DNA of 63,423 nucleotides, filler included, from Chiloscyllium plagiosum (GCF_004010195.1; 6 parts of one record of this genome joined end to end with filler, not necessarily neighbours in it); one strand, 5' to 3'; shown: positions 25,791 to 38,629, counted from the first letter of the whole stretch. The notes: generated from the letters alone by a model not told the origin. Made by a program: numbers and translations.

Positions 25791-26619
25791 TGGCCCTGCC
25801 AGGAACACCCACATCCCGAGGAATAAATAAATAATGACCCTGCCAGTAACACCCATGTTCCCAGGAATAAATAAAAACTGACCCTGCCAGCAACACACAT
25901 CCACAGGAATAAATAAATACTGAGCTGCCAGTAACACCCACATCCCCAGGAATAAATAAATGCTGGCCCATTCAGCAACACCCACATCCCCAGGAATAAA
26001 TAAATGCTGGCCCATTCAGCAACACACACATCCCCAGGAAAAATAAATGCTAGCCCTGCCAGGAACACACACATCCCCAGGAATAAATAAATACAGACCA
26101 TACCAGTAAAACACGCATCCTCAGGAACAAATAAGTACTGCCTCTGCCAGCAACACCCACATCCCCAGGAATAAGTAAATACTGACCCTGCCAGCAGCAC
26201 CCACACCCGAGGAATAAATAAATAATGACCCTGCCAGTGACACCCACATCCCCAGGAATAACCTGCCAGTAGCACCCACACCTGAGGAATAAATAAATAA
26301 TGACCCTGCCAGTGACACCCACATCCCCAGGAATAAATAAATACTGACGCTACCAGTAACACCCATATCCCCAGGAATAAATAAAAACTGGTCCTGCCAG
26401 CAACACCCACAACCCAGGAATAAATAAATACTGGGCCTTCCAGCGACACCCACATCCTCAGGAATAAATAAATACTGGCCCTGCCAGCAACACCCACATC
26501 CCCGGAATAAATAAATACTGAACCTGCCAGTAACACAAACATCCCCAGGAATAAATAAATACTGGCCCTGCCAGGAACACACACATCCCGAGGAATAAAT
26601 AAATAATGACCCTGCCAGT
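25750..26619. repeat. ~44-bp minisatellite, ~20 units, consensus CCCTGCCAGCAACACCCACATCCCCAGGAATAAATAAATACTGG; truncated by the gap
   Basis: Tandem periodicity visible directly; it explains the repetitive ORFs between 25667 and 26584. Confidence 0.95.
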
Positions 26620-26719
26620 NNNNNNNNNNNNNNNNNNNNNNNNNNNNNNNNNNNNNNNNNNNNTTAATTAATTAANNNNNNNNNNNNNNNNNNNNNNNNN
26701 NNNNNNNNNNNNNNNNNNN
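26620..26719. other. Assembly spacer
   Basis: 44N-TTAATTAATTAA-44N. Confidence 0.98.
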
Positions 26720-26985
26720 GGGAAAGATATAAAAGAGACCTAAGGGGCAACTTTTTCACGTAGAGGGTGGTACATGTATGGAATGAGCTGCCAGAGGAAG
26801 TGTGGAGGATGGTACAATTCCAACATTTGAGAGGCATCTGGATGGGTATATGAATAGGAAGGATTTGGAGGGATATGGGCCGGGTGCTGGCAGGTGGGAC
26901 TAGATTGGGTTGGGATATCTGGTCGGCATGGACGGGTTGGACCGAAGGGTCTTTTTCCATGCTGTACATCTCCATGACTCTATAA
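26720..26985 (+). mobile_element. CR1 3' end
   Basis: LRGNFFT.RVV motif and tail; near-identical to the inverted copy at 33590-33850. Confidence 0.85.
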
Positions 26986-27859
26986 CTTGGCCCAAGTGTT
27001 ATATTGAGGGCTCAGGTTAAGCCTGCTGGCCCCATGCTGGCTACTTGTCTTAACAGATCTTTTAAAATGTTCATACATATAAAAATGCATTAAGGACGGC
27101 AAATGGGTGACTGCAAGGAAGCATCTGGATGTGAAAGGAAGCTTTGATCAATCCATCCCAGATGATGAACAGAAGTATTGAACAAGGTTAATGGTCTAAT
27201 TAGCCCTTTCACAAAATGAAAGGGAAAGATGGTTAACATAAGATGTGTGGGAAACTAAAGGTAGCAAAAATAATAATGCTGAATAAATAAATTGTCTCAA
27301 TTATTTGGAAGGTAGGATTTTTTGAATTATTGCAGTACATTCTATTTTGATTTTCTTCTTCATCCTGCGAAGAAATGATAGGTATCACCTTCAAGTTGCA
27401 TGGCAACTTAATCTGAAATGGGAGATTAGTGTAAATGACCTGGAGTTGATGACTGACAAGAGCTTTATGATATCCTATATCCTCCCACAACAAATATGCA
27501 TGTAAGGGATCACATTAACATGTAGTTATCCATTACAAGCCACTTTTGTAACTATTTAGATAAGGTGCATTTAAAAATCAATCTTTTTTTTCCCCAATAT
27601 TGGGAATGAAATATAGTCAATATTGGTTTAAAAGAAATATCTGCACATCTGATTGTTGACACATCAACATTAACAGCAGTTTAAAAAAAAACATTCATTA
27701 TTTATGTTGCTAAAGATTTTACTATTAAAACAAACCTAACAGTTTGATTCCCAATGGCATAATCTCTAATTCCTAAAGAATCATGATCATATTTCGGATT
27801 GAAAGGCTGTGCTATGTTCAAATTGGTTGAAGATTTAAATATTAGCAACAACTTGTATT

Positions 27860-28650
27860 CATATCACACCACTCATACAGTGGTATGTCCCAAGACGTTT
27901 CTTGGGAGTGTTACCAAAACAAAATTTGACACCGAAGCAGACAAAGAAATAGCAGGGCGGATGAACAAACATTTGGTCAAAGAGATAGGTTTTAAAGGGC
28001 ATCTTAAAGATGGACAGAGAAGATAGAGGATGAGATTTAGGGAAGAGATTCCAAATCCTAGGTCCTTCGCAGTGAAGGCACAGCCATCTGTGGAATGAAT
28101 AAAACCAGGCATGCTCAAAATGCTGGCATTGCAGGAGGGTAGACATTTTGATGGGTTCAAACACTGTAGGAGGTTACAGAAAGAGGGACAGGAAAGCCCA
28201 CAGTACATCTTAAAAACAAACTTGAGAATTTTTAAATTGAGATGTTGTCTAATCAGAAACCAATGTTATTAGTGATTTATGGTTGAATAGGACTCAATGT
28301 GAAACCTGACATGGCCAGCCCAAGTTTTAGATGACCTGAATTGAGAATGCTGGTGAATGGCCAGTCATGTGTTTGAACAATGGAAGCTAGAAGTACCAAC
28401 GGCTCAGGTGAAGGTTTCAGGATCAGATGACCTCAGACAGGTGAGGAGCTGGGCAGTGTTACAGATTGGAAGTAGATAGTTGCATGATAATCTGAGCAGA
28501 AGTTTATGTTAATATCGAAATTAGCACCAAGATTTTTAACAAACTGGGTCAACTTCAGACGGCTTTCAAAGAGAGCGTGGAGTTGATCGGGAGAGAACTA
28601 AGTTTGTGGCAGGGATTAGGGATAGCAACTTTCATCTTCCCAATATTTAC
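27860..28650 (-). mobile_element. Degenerate L2 LINE 3' part
   Basis: On -: CAF...GPRIWNLFPK...FKMPFKTYLF, an L2 ORF2 C-terminus pattern. Confidence 0.65.
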
Positions 28651-29089
28651 AACAGTTGTGAAATATTAAAACAAACAGTTTGTGTCCCAATGGCACTTCT
28701 TCCTAATTTTCACTCGCACTTCTGGAACCTTCTCTAAAGATCATCTCAAGGTTTTATGGAGAAGGGTCAAACCTATCCAGCTTTCCAATCAAAGTGCTCA
28801 CATTTACTCAGGTTCGATATTTCAACTGAGTTGATAAAGCGTGGCACTCGAAAACGCACAGCAGGTCTTGCAGCATCTGAGTAGCAAGAGAGTCAACATT
28901 TCAGGCAGAACCCTTCTTTGGGACTAGGGAGGGGGAAGGGGATTGAGAGATAAATGGAGGAAAGGGGTGGGGCTAGGGAAACCTAAGTTGTTTTAAAATA
29001 CCATACTTTATTTTAAAATGGACTTTGTTGAACTAAACTTGGCTGCTGTGTTATGAAGATGTGCCACATAACAGACCTGTGTGGAAAGT

Positions 29090-30360
29090 TATAGGTCAAA
29101 TTATAAAGTGGATACAAAATGGGGTGAGTGATAAAGTAGTGGTCAATTGATACTGTTTGGGTGTGAGGAAGGTTTGTAGTGGAGTTCTCAATGGGTTGGC
29201 ATAGGGATCTTTGCTTTTCCTGATGCACATTAATGATCTGGATCTTGGTGAGCAGGAGACAATTTCCAAGTTTGCAGACGACACTAAACTTTGAAGAATT
29301 GTAAACTGTGAGGAGGACAATACGGCACATCAAAATAATTTTGACAAGTTGACAAAGTGGGCTGATAGGTGGCAGATGAAGTTCAATGCAGAGAAATGTG
29401 AGGTGATATAATTTGGTTGTAAGAACATTAATAGACAATTATAAAATAGGGGATAAAATTCTAAAGGAGGTGCAGGAGCAGAGGGACGTGGGTTTGTATG
29501 TGCACAGTGCATTGAAGGTGGTAGTACAAGTGGAGAGCGTAGTTAATAAAGCATAGTTTCATGGCGTTATTAATAAAGATATAGTGTACAGTACCAAAGA
29601 GGTGTAGGTTAGGTGGATTGGCAGTGCTAAATTGCCCTGTGGTGTCTAGGGATGTGGAAGTTAGATGCATTAACCATGGTAAATGTGGAGTCACAGGGAT
29701 AAGGTTGGGAGGTCTGGGTGAGATGCCCTTCGGAGGGTTGGTGCAGACTCAGTGGACCAAATGGCGTCTTTCTGCACTGCAGTGATGAAGTGATGTTGAA
29801 TTTCAACAAGACACTTGTCACACCTCAGCTGGAGTATTGTGGACAGTTGTGGGTGTGATATTACAGATATATGAAAGATATGAATGTATTGGGAAGAGTG
29901 CAGGAGCGATTTACAAGTTCCAGGGCTAAGGAACTTCAGTTATGAGGATAGATTGAAGAATTTGTGTCTGCTCTCCCAGGAGAGAAGAAGACTGACAGGA
30001 GATTTTACAGAGACTTTCAAATCATGACCGGGCTTGATAGACAGGGTGATACTGTTCCCACGTGTAAACGAACAGATAATGAGAGGGCATAGATTTAAAG
30101 TGATGTGCCAACAAAGCAAGGATCTTGTGAGAAAAATCTTTTTGCCACAGCAAATATTTAGGGTATGGAATGCACTGCCTGGAAATGTAGTGTAGGCAGG
30201 TTCAATTGAGGCATTCAAGAGTGTATTGGATGATTACTTAGATGGGAATACTGTGCAAGTAAGAAGGGAAAAGGCAGGAGCTTGGCTAGAGAATAGAACT
30301 GGCACAGGTATAATGGGCTGAATGGCTTCCTTTGGTGCCAGCCCAATTCTGTGACTCTGT
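29090..30360 (+). mobile_element. CR1 RT to 3' end, with a partial V-SINE inserted at ~29596-29790
   Basis: SKFADDTKL and WQMKFNAEKCEV motifs; V-SINE core GTTAGGTGGATTGGC...CTAAATTGCCC. Confidence 0.75.
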
Positions 30361-30639
30361 GGTAGATGATTACATTTGTTGGATAAGTTGAAGTTGGAAT
30401 TAAATGAAAAGGATATGAAAGCAAGTGTAAATGAGGTACCAGCACAATATTTGAATGAAGAATGAGGCAAACAAGATGGTAATTCAGTTGAGTTAGTTAA
30501 AGTTTAATTACAGACTAGGCACCTTGAACAGGAAATAGAATTATAAGTGAAAAGGCTTGAACTTGTAAGAGGAGGAAACTCTTCAGAGAGAAAAGAGGGA
30601 AAAAGAAAGAGAATTTAAGGTGGAATGTCAGAAGCTCAG

Positions 30640-30968
30640 GATGACCTTATAGACATTTATAAAATCATGAGGGGCATAGATAAGATGAATAGCCAAGGTG
30701 GTTTTCCCAGGATAGGCAGTTCAAAATTAGAGGGCATAGAGTTAAGATGAGATGGGAAAGATTTAAAAGATCTGAGGAGCAACTTTTTCACAGAAAGGGT
30801 GGGGTGTATATGGAATTAGTTGCCAGATGAAGTGGTGGAGGCAGGTACAATTACATTTAAAAGATATTTGGACAGGTACATGGATAGGAAAGGTTCAGAG
30901 GGATATAGGCATGGACAAGTTGGGCCAAAGGGTCTGTTTCCATGCTGTACAACTCTATGACTCTATGT
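30640..30968 (+). mobile_element. CR1 3' end
   Basis: DLIDIYKIMRG motif and (CTCTATGA) tail. Confidence 0.75.
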
Positions 30969-32994
30969 TAAGGATAAAATTTAAAGTGAGGAGAGAGTGT
31001 GAGAGAGAGAAGAAAAAGAGAAAGAAAATAACTGCTTAAAAGGATAAAAACACCTGACTCAAAGAACACTCTGATAAGGAAAGATTTGAGTGCAATCTAA
31101 GATTAGGTGGAAATTGTTTAAATCTGTGCAAATCATCCCCAATTTTGATGCAAGCGACACTAAGACACGTTTCATTCATGTTAAAAAGGTAGCTAAGCAG
31201 GTGAGGTGGCCAAAAGAAAACTATACATTGGTGATGCAAAGCAGGTTGTCTGGCAGGACGTCTGGCTTGCTTTCTGAAGAGTATTTTATAGTTAACGAGC
31301 TCGTTAAAAATAAAATGGCTATGCTCAATACGTATTAATTGGTCTATCAGCCCGGGCAGACATATAGAATTTGAGAGATGAAAACAAAATAATCTTGACC
31401 ACTGGATACAGGCATTAAGAGGCTACTTGTAAAACCCAAAGGGGTCTGGGAAGACTTTAAATATTCACTCCTTTCCTTAGCATGAACTCATGCAGAAAAC
31501 CAGAAGGTTGTATCAGCAAGACAGTTAGCTGAGATGACTATCAGTGGTCCACCAGGTGAAATCCCTTCTCCATCTCCCCCATAAGTCTGAGAATTACAGA
31601 AGGTGGGAAGATTAAAGGAAGACAAGTAACTGGAGACGAGAAGGGATACCTGGGAATGCATCAGAATTTCTTTGTTAGGCCAGGAAGGAGATGTCAAATG
31701 TGGAAATGATGCCCAAGTATTCCCATTGACACAAGATGGGACACTTGTTCAGATCATGCAAGTTAGAGTAAACCTTGATCAGAATACACTATGTCAGAGA
31801 AACCATCATGCAAAATGAAATTGCATCATTACATATAAAAGAAAGACAATAGAGAATACACTGTGTGCAGTACTTTTTAAAAATTCAGTAAACTATATTT
31901 TTAGATTGAACACATCTATCTAGTGACAGATGTTGGTCAATGCAGAAGCTGAGTTCCAGCAATAACTAAACCAGCCACACTCTGCCAGTACAGAAAGCCT
32001 TTCCGTAAAACCCAGGAGAAGGAGCAGCTAAAATAGATCCCAGGTCCGAAAGTAAGATCAGAGGGTGGTGAGAGATTCTTGTGGTAGTTTCTCTATCTTT
32101 GATCCAGAAACTGGGTTCAATTCCTAACTGTTTTGGAGGTGTGTCAAAACACATTTGATCAGGTTTTTTTTTGAAAATCTGAATTAGGTCAGGCTGAAAA
32201 ATGAAGTACAGAGGGTAGGAGAAAAGTTCAGGGCAACAACGGAGTTGGCAAGACCTACGGGGCTGTAAGTAAAGTTGTGGAGCAATGCCAGAAGGCAAGA
32301 CCCTAAAAATAAAACAACTTCCAAATGAAATAATTTTAAGGGGGTGCAACACAAAACAAGATCTACCTGTATATTTTTCTGTGCATATAATTGTAAATAT
32401 TGCTGTAATTAAAACAATGTTGGAAATGCTCACCAAGTCTGGGAAAATGTCATGATTTCTGTCAAAGAGTCATTGCCTGGTGAGTTACTTTGCTTTGCTC
32501 TCCACATCTGCTGACCGATCTTCTGGGATTTCATAGCACTCCTATTTTTTCCCTTATTTCAGATTTCCAGCATTTGTGATTCTTTGCACTTTTACATTGA
32601 AAAGTTAACTCTCTTTAACTCTACCCAAGCATGATAAGCAGAGGAAAATATACCCAAGATGTAAAAAGAAATCTATTTCTACTCATCATTATGATGGTAA
32701 ATCCACAAAAATCAAGTTTTAAACAGATCTTAGAATTGAACATAGTTCAACAAAAACATTTTATTATTGGGTGAGCTCTGTGCTCAACAAATTAAAAGGC
32801 ATCTGGATTTAACCAAATAATAAAACATATTGCATTTTTTGTACGTAAAGCTCAAAGAAATCACTCAACCTCAGCAGTACACATTTGCTCTAACCACAGA
32901 GGACCAACAATTTGATATTTTAATTTCTCATATTGTCAGCTGTGTCGGAGCACCTAATTTGAATTTCCAAGTTTTATTTAAACTGTACCATTCT

Positions 32995-33450
32995 GTTTGC
33001 ATTGTCCCACCATTATCCATGCCAACAGCATTGATAGTTTTGCCACTTTTGCTGTCAAATCTCTCCATCTTCTCCATGATTTTGTAGTGCTATATCACTT
33101 CACCAAATACAACAGGCATTCTGTCCAAGCATGCAGTTTTATTAGTAAAAGTACTGGAATCCATTTGTATTTGGCTCCGCACTGACCATAGTCAGGATAC
33201 CAATTTCTGTGTGCTTCAATTGGAAATTCTTATTGGCAAGCCTCTCATCATAGTTAGACTCTCCACCAGTGTCATTGTGTTTGGGAATTATTCAGTGGAA
33301 TGTTGAGTTCTTATAACCAAACCCCTTCTCGCCAATGCACAGTGTACATTTTCTGCAGTTTTTGGGACCACATCAGCACTGAGCTCCATCTAAATCCTTG
33401 CCTTCCACGGCGATCCTCATAAACAGATGTAGGTTCTGGGTCTTTGCCAT
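32995..33450 (-). pseudogene. Processed cyclophilin (PPIA-like) pseudogene
   Basis: Minus strand with frameshifts: MAKTQNLHLFMRIAVEGKDL / ELSADVVPKTAEN / CIGEKGFGYKNSTFH*IIPK-HNDTGGESNYDERLANKNFQLKHTEIGILTMVSAEPNTNGFQYF / KTACLDRMPVVFGEVI*HYKIMEKMERFDSKSGKT; no introns; AATAAA on - near 32973-32978. Confidence 0.88.
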
Positions 33451-33589
33451 GGAGCTGCTGGAATCATGCTGACTCCAGGTGGGAAGGGAAGGTAGCAAGG
33501 AACTAATTTTGTGCTACAAACCAATACTGTGTAGAAGCTTGGTTGAACCTCCAGAAACATAATTCATTTTGGAGGTTAGCAGTCAGTAA

Positions 33590-34040
33590 GAGAGTCATAG
33601 AGATGTACAGCATGGAAACAGACCCTTCGGTCCAACCTGTCCATGCCGACCAAATATCCCAACCCAATCTAGTTCCACCTGCTAGCACCCGGCCCATATC
33701 CCTCCAAATCCTTCCTATTCATATACCCATCCAGATGCCTCTCAAATGTTGGAATTGTACCATCCTCCACACTTCCTCTGGCAGCTCATTCCATACATGT
33801 ACCACCCTCTACGTGAAAAAGTTGCCCCTTAGGTCTCTTTTATATCTTTTCCCTCTCACCCTAAACCTATGCCCTCTAGTTCTGGACTCCCCCATGCCAG
33901 GGAAAAGACTTTGTCTAGTTATCCTATTCATGCCCCTCATAATTTTGTAAGCCTCTATAAGGTCACCCCTCAGCCTCCGACGCTCCAGGGAAAAAAACCC
34001 AGCCTGTTCAGCCTCTCCCTGTATCTCAAATCCTGCAACC
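33590..34040 (-). mobile_element. CR1 3' end
   Basis: Antisense of ERRRLRGDL...LRGNFFT.RVV plus tail. Confidence 0.85.
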
Positions 34041-34425
34041 CTGTTCTCAGTAGACAGTAAGATAAATTAAATAACATTGCTATCTTCCATCCCACCCAAG
34101 TTTGCACTAGGACTTAAACATGTCACAAATAACAATTACAATTTCTGTCAGCATTTTTAGAGAAACTTTCACTTGGTTCATTTGGAGCGCCCTCTAGTGG
34201 CATAGACAGACCAACTTAAATGAAGTGACAGAAAAATAGATTGTCAAGCAATTGACTTACAAGACATGTCAGACATTACTAAGCATGGAATTTAGATCAA
34301 TCAATTTTATATCCCTTGACAAATTGAGTTTAATGGAGTTTGGTTTGATCAACATCACCATCAAAATTCAAATTCAGCTTTATGAATGTCAGGTATCTGT
34401 CTACAACTCTGCTTTCCTCAGAATA

Positions 34426-34511
34426 AAGGTAAAAATCACAGAACACCAGGTTATAGTCCAACAGGTTTATGTGGAAGCACTAGCCTTCATCAGGTGGTTG
34501 TGGAATAATTA
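34426..34511 (-). mobile_element. Short insertion of a second PLE-type pLTR family with 12-bp TSD
   Basis: TTCCTCAGAATA at 34414-34425 and 34512-34523; related to 49564-49745; CCTGATGA on - but stem II is deleted. Confidence 0.6.
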
Positions 34512-34532
34512 TTCCTCAGAATAGGTTCAGTA

Positions 34533-34928
34533 CTGTATATACTCGAGTAATAGTTGTTCTCATGTAAAAGTCGACTCCCTATTTTTGGCCAAATAATCTG
34601 GAATTTTCCATATACCTCGTGCAAAAGTCAACCCTCGTTCTTCACAGATAATAGGTCAACGTTTATGAGTCAGTGTGCCGGCCATCACACTTTAGCTTTC
34701 CAGTCTGCTGGTTGTTGCACTCCACTCCCGGTCTTTCAGTCCACTGGCTGTGGTGTTGCACTCTGGGTTTTCAGAATCACCATAATCCGTTTTCTCAGTT
34801 GGGTTTCTGCTAATGATGAATTTGGATGGGCATGAAATTCAGCCCCTCAAAAGTAGTATTCATGTAATAGTCCACCCCATAAATTTAAAAAGTGGTCAAA
34901 AAATTGACTATTACTCAAGTATATATGG
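34533..34928. mobile_element. Tc1/mariner-superfamily (pogo/Tc2-like) MITE
   Basis: Left TIR CTGTATATACTCGAGTAATAGT vs reverse complement of right end CCATATATACTTGAGTAATAGT (19/22); TA on both sides. Confidence 0.8.
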
Positions 34929-35276
34929 TAGTTCCATCAGGAGAACATTCAGAAGCAAGAAAATTAGGAGGCCATGCCTTAGATATTCTTTACAGATCCT
35001 ATCATTCAATCAGAATTGTCATCAGTAACTTAACATTTAACAAGTTTACAAATAGATATCAATTGGTTAGTGACCAAGGATCATAACAGAATTACTTGGA
35101 TAATTACAATCTGGTACAGAACTATGTAAGCAGCCAGTTGAGTGTTCTGACACCACAACATTGCAAACTCCAAGTAAATGTCATGTTTTGTTTTAAAGAT
35201 TTCTAATAGCTGTCTATTTTTGGTTTCAATGCCCAGCTTTAAGTTTGCTCTATTGCTGAATTATGAAGTAACTTTA

Positions 35277-35565
35277 GAACATAGAACGTAGAACATAGAA
35301 CAATACAGCACAGAACAGGCCCTTCGGCCCACGATGTTGTGCCGAACATTTGTCCTAGCTTAAGCACCTATCCATGTACCTATCCAATTGCCACTTAAAG
35401 TTCGCCAATGATTCTGACTCTGCCACTCCCACAGGCAGCGCATTCCATGCTCCCACCACTCTCTGGGTACACCCCCTATACTTTCCACCCTTCACCTTAA
35501 ATTTATGTCCCCTTGAAACACTCTGTTGTACCCGGGGAAAGTCTCTGACTGTCTATCTATTCCCC
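35277..35565 (-). mobile_element. CR1 3' end
   Basis: (AGAACAT)n tail on +; antisense RVVGAWNALP. Confidence 0.8.
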
Positions 35566-35665
35566 NNNNNNNNNNNNNNNNNNNNNNNNNNNNNNNNNNN
35601 NNNNNNNNNTTAATTAATTAANNNNNNNNNNNNNNNNNNNNNNNNNNNNNNNNNNNNNNNNNNNN
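35566..35665. other. Assembly spacer
   Basis: 44N-TTAATTAATTAA-44N. Confidence 0.98.
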
Positions 35666-35797
35666 AGAGAGAGAAAGCAAGAGAGAGAGAAAGAAAGAGA
35701 GAGAGAAAGGGAGAAAGAAGGAAAGAAAGAAAAAAAAGAAAAATGAAAGAAAAAAGAAAGAAAGAAAAAGAGACACATACATAGAGAGAGCAAGAGA
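35666..35797. repeat. GA/GAAA low-complexity tract
   Basis: Direct inspection. Confidence 0.9.
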
Positions 35798-38629
35798 CAT
35801 CTGTGGACAGAAATCACAGTTAACATTTCAGGTCAAGTGACCCTTCCTCAGAACTGGCCTCAGAATTGGCCATATCAATGACACCTACAGCTGTAACATG
35901 ATGTTCCAACACCTGTACTCAATGGTCTGAGCAATGAAGGCAAGTGTGCTAAATACCTTCTTCACTACCCCGTGTACCTGTGACGCCACTTTCAAGCAAC
36001 TATGTACCTGCAAGCCTAGATCTTTCTATTCAACAACACTCACCAGTCACTACCATTAACATTGTAAATCCTGCCCTGGTTTGTCTTACCAAAATGCAAT
36101 AGATCATCTATGTTCAAAAGCAATCATTCAGTCATCATTTGACATGAAATGAAATCATGCAAATCTCAAGCAACAATATGTGCAATCAATTAAGTGCACA
36201 GAGAGTATTCAATTTTTATCAAAAACAATCAAGGAGCTTTCTGGGGAAAAACAATTTCTGTGGATTACTGCAAAATTGACCAAATTTCAAGAAAATTAAA
36301 TTTTCTAAGCCATAGCTGAAGTTTAAAGATTGTAGAGCATAGGATCTGTGCACAAATCACAGGCGGAATGGTGCATTAAACAAATTTGAGCAAATTTTCC
36401 AAACAGATCCCAAGTAATCCCATAACATAGGCACAGAGGCATTAATTCATGATCCATTATATATGTCTGCCCATTATTAGCTGACTTTCATTGCAAGTCC
36501 CTTCCCACTCCTGCAGACTACTAATCTCTATTTTATTTTTTTTTCCGGTGAGTGCACATGTTCTGTTAATGAGAATTCATTCTAGGGGCACTTTCATGGT
36601 TTTATTTTTCTTTAAGTACTATTTACTCGATGAAATACTTAAGTATTTGACTCAAGAATACATTTGGTATTGCCTGAACTAATATATTTATAATGCTCCA
36701 CATTACAAAAATAATAAGATACTTTTATAATCCCAATCATTTTTAAATTATTATTTCTGTACTTACTAGTCTTTTTGTAAATTTATCTGGGCGGTGCAAA
36801 CTGAGCATGACCCGCACCTGCACCCCCTAGATTGCAGCATCTCCCCTCAACCCTACAGATTGTGGATCCCTCACGCTTGCCCCTCCCCCCCCCCCCCCCC
36901 CTTCCTTCCTCTTATCCTTCACTCTAGGAGTCAAGCCAATCTGAGGGATAGTTGGTCCTGAATGCTGATAATGAAAGGCAATTCCTTGGGGTGAATGAAC
37001 TCCAGAGTATTCCTCATCTCACCAGCTCCCCCACTACTGCTCTGACAAAGCATCCCTTTTTTTCCCCCACTGCAGCCTTGGTCACCATGGAAGAGTCAGC
37101 GACAACAGCAGAGGTAGTGAGAATACGAGTGGATGTGGCAGCAAATTTGGAGGCAGCATTGGGCAAACAACAAGGAGATGGGAAGAAAATGATATGAAGG
37201 AAGAGTTGATGCCTCAGGTGAAATGAAATAGGCAACAGGAGTTCTTAAGGAAAGAAAAACATTTAAAGGCAGTGAGATTTATTGAGGTTTTCCATCTTAA
37301 CACATAAGCTTTACTGGTGTGCCCAGGCTCACTTTTTCTGCCTTATATTTACTTTTGAATGCTAATGATCAATTTCACTAAATTTAACAAGCTGTAATGG
37401 TTTTTGAACACTTCTACATTCTTTGATGACTCCTAAAATAGCAGGATCATGATGTTAAAAGATGCATAATTGAACACTTTTGACCACAAATGAGCATTGT
37501 TACTGTAACCAAAACTCATTGCTTGTTCTGAGAGCCACTTAAGGTAAAATATTGTGACACTTTCTGGTAGGACAGACTGGATGGAATAAGGGCCTCTGTA
37601 ATCATGATGACAAAGCGAAAAACAAGTAGATGGGTAAACGATATTTTTGTTATTTTTCTAATTTAGTGCACTCTTCTAATATTGCTTTTCCTTATGTCAG
37701 CTACCTGTGTTTGGAAACCAATGTCTCATCTAAAGAAAAAAAGCCTCGTAAGCTTTTACTCAAAACAAACCAAACATTACTTTTCCAGAATTGCAAAAAC
37801 AATACTAAATACTGTTATCAGTTTGTAGAATGTGATCACAGTTTAATCAATACTTTTGTAAATCAGACAGCAATCTCTAGTCATCTGCACTAATCATTAA
37901 TTCACTCCATAAATGAAATGAAATAGATTCATTACAATCTTTATAAATTATAAGATCAATCTAGAGGCATGCAAAAAAAACTTTTTCTAGCAACAAATTT
38001 TCTAGCAACAAATGCAGTGAAATTCATCTCTATTCTAGTTACCTACAATTATTTAAAGCACAAATACAATTAGGAAATTTAAAAAAAAACATTTAAATCT
38101 ATTTGCACAAACAGTAGTTCATTAAACACATAAAAGCATTTCACTGTTTGTTGGTAGAACAACAGCTTAATAAACAGTCAACACGGAGTCAAAAGAGGAA
38201 GCTTCAGCGCAAAAAATTACCTGGACTTCTCCGATGACATTACAGCCCAAATTGTTGATTGAAAGCCTTACAACACAAAATGCCTGTTATGCCAGAGCTA
38301 TGTGGCACTGTTCCACATTGAAGACTTTTTAAAAGTCATTATTCACTCTCATGCATAGGTATGATGGGCAAAGCAAGGAGTTAGCGCCCACACCAGAATG
38401 GGCAATTATGTGAATGGCAACAGATGGGAAAAATGCAGGTGCTACAATACCTGGATGGCCTTGGAAACCAGTGACTGAAAGAAAGCGTACAGCATGCAGT
38501 AAAGAACACAAATGGTATGCTCCAGTTCACAGCGAGAGGATTGGAGTGTCAGAGTAACAATATCTTGCTGCAAGTTTACAGGGCCGAAGTGACCATAAAA
38601 CCATAAGATGCAGAAACAGAGTGAGACAT

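Noticed and set aside
25667..26584. 305-aa hydrophobic ORF resembling a membrane protein
   Set aside because: Translation of the 44-bp tandem repeat; overlapping frames are equally open.
31280..32340. LTR-like or ORF-bearing unique region (ORF 31966-32436)
   Set aside because: No termini, PBS, PPT or recognisable protein motif could be identified.
38221..38266. Minus-strand AG...GT bounded segment as a possible ASCC3 exon
   Set aside because: Open frames (LSINNLGCNVIGEVQ, FQSTIWAVMSSEKS) do not resemble the expected next ASCC3 exon.
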